Shown here piece after piece: positions 25,971-29,238 of a stretch of DNA of 29,238 nt (position 1 is the stretch's first letter; the number at the start of each line of letters is the position of its first letter). The position numbers and the translations under genes were made by a program. This DNA is from Thiohalobacteraceae bacterium. Lineage in GTDB: Bacteria; Pseudomonadota; Gammaproteobacteria; Thiohalobacterales; Thiohalobacteraceae. The notes below the pieces were generated by a model. It had not been told where the DNA came from and did no database searches. It worked only from the letters and a program-made list of their open reading frames with translations. The stretch lies in the NCBI GenBank assembly GCA_041675685.1, contig JBAYTM010000001.1, positions 1-29,238 on the forward strand, in the 5' to 3' direction.

Positions 25971-26231
25971 ATGGCTTCACCACCGAGCACGAATCAGATC
26001 TACGCCATCCTCGATCAGGTCATGGATCCTGAACTCAATCACAGCCTGGTCGAACTGGGGATGATCCGCGAGGTCGATTTCGATGCCGGTTGCGTGCAGA
26101 TCGAACTTCAACTTACTACACCGCACTGCCCCTTTGCCGGTGAAATCGAGCACCGCATCCGCTCTGCGCTACTGGAGATGGACAGCGTCGACGAGGTCTC
26201 CATAAACCGACCCTGCGCCGGCGATGCCTGA
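25971..26231 (+). CDS. Metal-sulfur cluster assembly factor (DUF59/SufT-like)
   Basis: VMDPELNHSLVELGMI and LTTPHCP motifs; AGGAGG RBS. Confidence 0.85.
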   Translation: MASPPSTNQIYAILDQVMDPELNHSLVELGMIREVDFDAGCVQIELQLTTPHCPFAGEIEHRIRSALLEMDSVDEVSINRPCAGDA

Positions 26232-26302
26232 CCCGGGCGCGCCCCGCACACTGATCTGAACCCAAGCTTGGTGACGGGATCGACGATTATTCAATGGCTT
26301 GC

Positions 26303-26329
26303 TAAAGATCGCGGGTCCCCGGCCGAACA
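26303..26329 (+). promoter_or_regulatory. Candidate sigma28 (FliA) promoter
   Basis: TAAA-N15-GCCGAACA against consensus TAAA-N15-GCCGATAA, 200 bp upstream of the REC-GGDEF gene. Confidence 0.4.
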
Positions 26330-26528
26330 GCTTCGAACGTCCCGGTATCACCGCGACAGCGAAATCGCGTTGCCGCTCCCTTCGGCGGCAGCGAGCGGAC
26401 GCACCCGCGTGGCGTCGCTGCGTGCACCGAAAGGTTGATACCCCGACGACCTGCAACGGCATCACCTGCAGCCGAGTTCAGAACACTCAGGTGCGACTGC
26501 CCGGCCACGACCGTTATAAGGAGTCTTT

Positions 26529-27938
26529 GTGTCGACGGAATCCGCTGCCGAAGCCAAACCGCGCGTACTGGTCGTGGACGATTCTCGCGTCATCCGTGTC
26601 GCTGCGCGCAAGATCCTCAAGGAGGAATTCGAGGCGCTGGAGGCCGGCGACGGCGAAGAGGCGTGGGAACTGCTGACCAAAGAGCCCGACATCGCCCTGG
26701 TGCTTTCCGATCTGTCCATGCCCTATCTCGACGGCATGGGCCTGCTGCAGCGGCTGCGCAATGCAGACGACGAGCGCCTCCGCAGTCTGCCGATGATCAT
26801 CGTCACCGGCGCCGAGGACGACGACGAGGCCAAGACCCGCGCCTTCGCCGCCGGCGCTACCGACTTCATCAGCAAGCCCTTCGACTCGGTGCAACTGCTG
26901 GCGCACACCCGCTCGCATCTACGCTTGCAGCAAACCACCCAGGAGCTCAAAGAGACCACCACGGTACTGCACGAGACGCCGGCCACCGACCCCTTCACCG
27001 GGCTCGGCAACCAGCGCGCCTTTCTCGAGCGCGGTCAACAGGCGCTGGCGCACGCGGTGCGTCACCGCAGCGCGATGGCCTTGCTCCTGTTCCAGGTGGA
27101 TGGCTTCGACAAGATCTTCGTCCAGCAGGGCAAACCGGTCGGTGGCGCGATCCTGAAGGCGGTCACGGCCGCACTCCAGGCGGAAATCCGTCGCGAGGAC
27201 GCGGCCGCGCGCATCAGTATGGCGCGCTTCGGCCTGATCACCTGTTGCGCCGATGCCGCCGGTGCGCGCCGTCTCGCGTCGCGCATCGGCCGGCGTATCG
27301 CCACGAGCTCCGTCAACGACAAGAATGGGGCGCCTTTGGCATTGAGCATCAGCGCCAGCCTGGTCGCGCTCGGCGCCGGCGAAACGCCGCGCTTCGAGGA
27401 ACTCCTGACGCTGCTTGCCAAGCGTCTGGAGCGCGCCATGGCACAGGGCGGTTGCGCGGTGGTGGACGACTCCGCAGACGTCCTGCGATTTGATATCGAA
27501 TCCGAGATGGAACCGGAAACACCGGCCGTCTCGAGCCATGCGGTTTTGCCGGAAGCGGTCGTGAGCGCACCGGTACCGGCCGCGAACGCGCCCGACTCCG
27601 TAGCGCCCCGACCCGATGTACCGGACGCGACAATCGCGTCCGAGCCCACACCGCCCACGGCGCCCGCGTCCAATACCGCAGAAGCGGACGCACCGGTGCC
27701 CGTGGTGGCGGCTATGATGGACGCGCCGGCCGCAGAAGCAGACCCCGGACAATCCACATGTTTGAGCGTAGATGAAGCGCTCGCGCTGCTTGCCCACGGC
27801 GAGGTACAGCCGCTGGCGGGACAGTGGGAGCAGTTGATACGGAAAGTTCTGCCGTTGCTGACGCACTGGAATCAGAACGGCTCACAGGGCCTCGACGACG
27901 CACTGGAACAGATCCGCACACGCCTGCCCGGCGATTGA
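26529..27938 (+). CDS. Response regulator with REC, degenerate GGDEF, Pro/Ala-rich linker and C-terminal helical domain
   Basis: REC (VVDD, SDLSMP, VTG, SKPF); GGDEF fold (TDPFTGLGNQRAF) with SMARF replacing GG(D/E)EF; AAGGAG RBS before GTG. Confidence 0.88.
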   Translation: MSTESAAEAKPRVLVVDDSRVIRVAARKILKEEFEALEAGDGEEAWELLTKEPDIALVLSDLSMPYLDGMGLLQRLRNADDERLRSLPMIIVTGAEDDDEAKTRAFAAGATDFISKPFDSVQLLAHTRSHLRLQQTTQELKETTTVLHETPATDPFTGLGNQRAFLERGQQALAHAVRHRSAMALLLFQVDGFDKIFVQQGKPVGGAILKAVTAALQAEIRREDAAARISMARFGLITCCADAAGARRLASRIGRRIATSSVNDKNGAPLALSISASLVALGAGETPRFEELLTLLAKRLERAMAQGGCAVVDDSADVLRFDIESEMEPETPAVSSHAVLPEAVVSAPVPAANAPDSVAPRPDVPDATIASEPTPPTAPASNTAEADAPVPVVAAMMDAPAAEADPGQSTCLSVDEALALLAHGEVQPLAGQWEQLIRKVLPLLTHWNQNGSQGLDDALEQIRTRLPGD

Positions 27939-28014
27939 CGTCGCGGCGCCGGCCCCTGCAGCGCCGCTGCCCGCTATGGTAGGATGCCCGCAGTTTTGCA
28001 GCGGAGCGTTCGCC

Positions 28015-28497
28015 ATGCCTTCCTTCGATGTCGTATCCGAAGTCGACCAGCACGAAGTCCACAACGCCGTAGACCAGGCCAATCGCGAAATCGGCACCCG
28101 CTTCGATTTCAAAGGCAGCGATGCGAAGGTCGAAATCACCGACGGCAACCTGCTGCTCGAGGCGCAGAGCGAATTTCAGATCGACCAGATGCGCGATATT
28201 CTCATCGGCAAGCTCGCCAAGCGTGGTGTGGACGTCGGCGCCCTGAAGATCGACAAGATCGAGACCACCGGCACGCGTGCCCGGCAGAAAATAGAAGTCC
28301 GCCAGGGGATAGATCAGGACACCGCGCGCAAACTGGTGAAGACGATCAAAGAAAGCAAACTGAAGGTCCAGGCGAGCATCCAGGGCGAACAACTGCGCAT
28401 CACCGGCAAAAAACGTGACGATCTGCAGGACGCGATCGCGCTGCTCAAAAAATCCGACGTCGGCCTGCCCTTGCAGTACCAGAATTTCCGCGACTAG
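28015..28497 (+). CDS. yajQ: YajQ-family nucleotide/c-di-GMP-binding protein, 160 aa
   Basis: MPSFDVVSEVD, TRFDFKG, KLKVQASIQG, RITGKKRDDLQ and LQYQNFRD. Confidence 0.95.
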   Translation: MPSFDVVSEVDQHEVHNAVDQANREIGTRFDFKGSDAKVEITDGNLLLEAQSEFQIDQMRDILIGKLAKRGVDVGALKIDKIETTGTRARQKIEVRQGIDQDTARKLVKTIKESKLKVQASIQGEQLRITGKKRDDLQDAIALLKKSDVGLPLQYQNFRD

Positions 28498-28511
28498 AAG
28501 GACCGGGCCGA

Positions 28512-28541
28512 CGGCGTTCGGCGTTCGGCGTTCGGCGTTCG
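28512..28541. repeat. Heptamer tandem repeat (CGGCGTT)x4 plus CG
   Basis: Four perfect copies at 28512-28539, between the convergent yajQ and cyaY. Confidence 0.85.
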
Positions 28542-28603
28542 CCAGAAGGGCGGCCTGATCAGAAGATGCTACAGACCGGTCTTTCGGTCCGGCCCCCAAT
28601 AGG

Positions 28604-28933
28604 TCAATCCTTCAGCGGCACCGGCTCGCCCAGTTTGAGCGTGAAGGCCTTGCTCAAAACGCCCATCAGAGTTTCACCGGTCTTGGTGTCCACCCAGAGT
28701 TCCCGCGTCGTGTCGTAGGCAAAATGTGCGGGGCCCAGCGGCGACGCCACCCATAATTGCTGCACCGGTTCCTGACGATTGACGATGATTTGGCTGCCGT
28801 CCTCGAACTCCACCCGGAGCACGGCATCGACGATCTCCAGATCCAGATCGTCGCACGCCGACAGCGCCTCGAGCTGTTCCCGGATACTGTCGAGCGTCTG
28901 CGCTGCGCGTAGCGGAAACGAGAGTCCGGCCAT
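28604..28933 (-). CDS. cyaY: Frataxin-like iron donor CyaY, 109 aa
   Basis: Acidic N-terminus, then EFEDGSQIIVNRQEPVQQLWVASPLGPAHF. Start trimmed to ATG 28933. Confidence 0.9.
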   Translation of the reverse strand: MAGLSFPLRAAQTLDSIREQLEALSACDDLDLEIVDAVLRVEFEDGSQIIVNRQEPVQQLWVASPLGPAHFAYDTTRELWVDTKTGETLMGVLSKAFTLKLGEPVPLKD

Positions 28934-29182
28934 ATCTTCAACCCCTATCTGCCGCGAAGAAAAGTCAACATCGCCGCCCTCGGCGATATGGGACGCAATG
29001 ATGGATGAGGCCGGGCGGACAGACAAGCGGCCACAGGGGCAACCTCGGGCTCCGGGTGGTCCTCGCTGGCCGCCGAATCGGACCACGGTTTCCTCTCCCG
29101 GCGCGCGCTGCGTTAGAATAGCCGCCTTCGATGCGCCACCCGGAAGCCCTGGCCCCCCCCATCATCACCAAGAGCGCCCTCG

Positions 29183-29238
29183 ATGCCCGAAGCCAGCCCC
29201 GATGTACGCCCCAGCCAGTTCTCCTTCGAAGAACTCCT
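29183..29238 (+). CDS. Possible 5' end of a gene truncated by the window edge, perhaps FabA-like
   Basis: MPEASPDVRPSQFSFEEL(L) loosely resembles FabA N-termini; TAGAAT at 29114-29119. Only 18 codons are visible. Confidence 0.3.
   Translation, partial: MPEASPDVRPSQFSFEEL

Noticed and set aside
26232-26528. c-di-GMP riboswitch in the 297-bp gap before the REC-GGDEF gene
   Set aside because: No GEMM-I/II-like conserved motif was recognisable; an Rfam scan would settle it.
23541-28541. CRISPR-like periodicity in the H1-like gene and the heptamer array
   Set aside because: No repeat-spacer structure and no cas genes; these are coding repeats and a simple tandem repeat.

Overview
High-GC chromosomal segment, most likely from a gammaproteobacterium (rsd, yhcB, iscR-like, yajQ and cyaY are all present). 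It holds about 33 coding regions, mostly housekeeping or regulatory: udgX, amt, mazG, fbp, rsd, typA, yjbQ, yhcB, yihY-like, a SufT/DUF59-like gene, yajQ and cyaY. I saw no tRNA, rRNA, CRISPR array, integrase or transposase. Most interesting: (1) a compact non-RD Hanks-type kinase overlapping a PP2C phosphatase, directly upstream of a 108-aa histone H1-like Lys-rich protein, a candidate nucleoid phospho-switch; (2) an IscR paralogue lacking all Fe-S ligands whose promoter carries two IscR type-1-like boxes, suggesting a two-tier IscR cascade; (3) a 109-bp MITE with IS5-like ends and a TTAA duplication, carrying an inverted REP doublet; (4) a REC plus degenerate-GGDEF protein retaining the RxxD I-site next to yajQ; (5) a frameshifted SadB-like YbaK-HDOD gene; (6) a full NtrC/IHF/sigma54-like promoter layout upstream of a glnK-less amt. 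All calls come from motif recognition by eye. No database search was run, so novelty is unverified.
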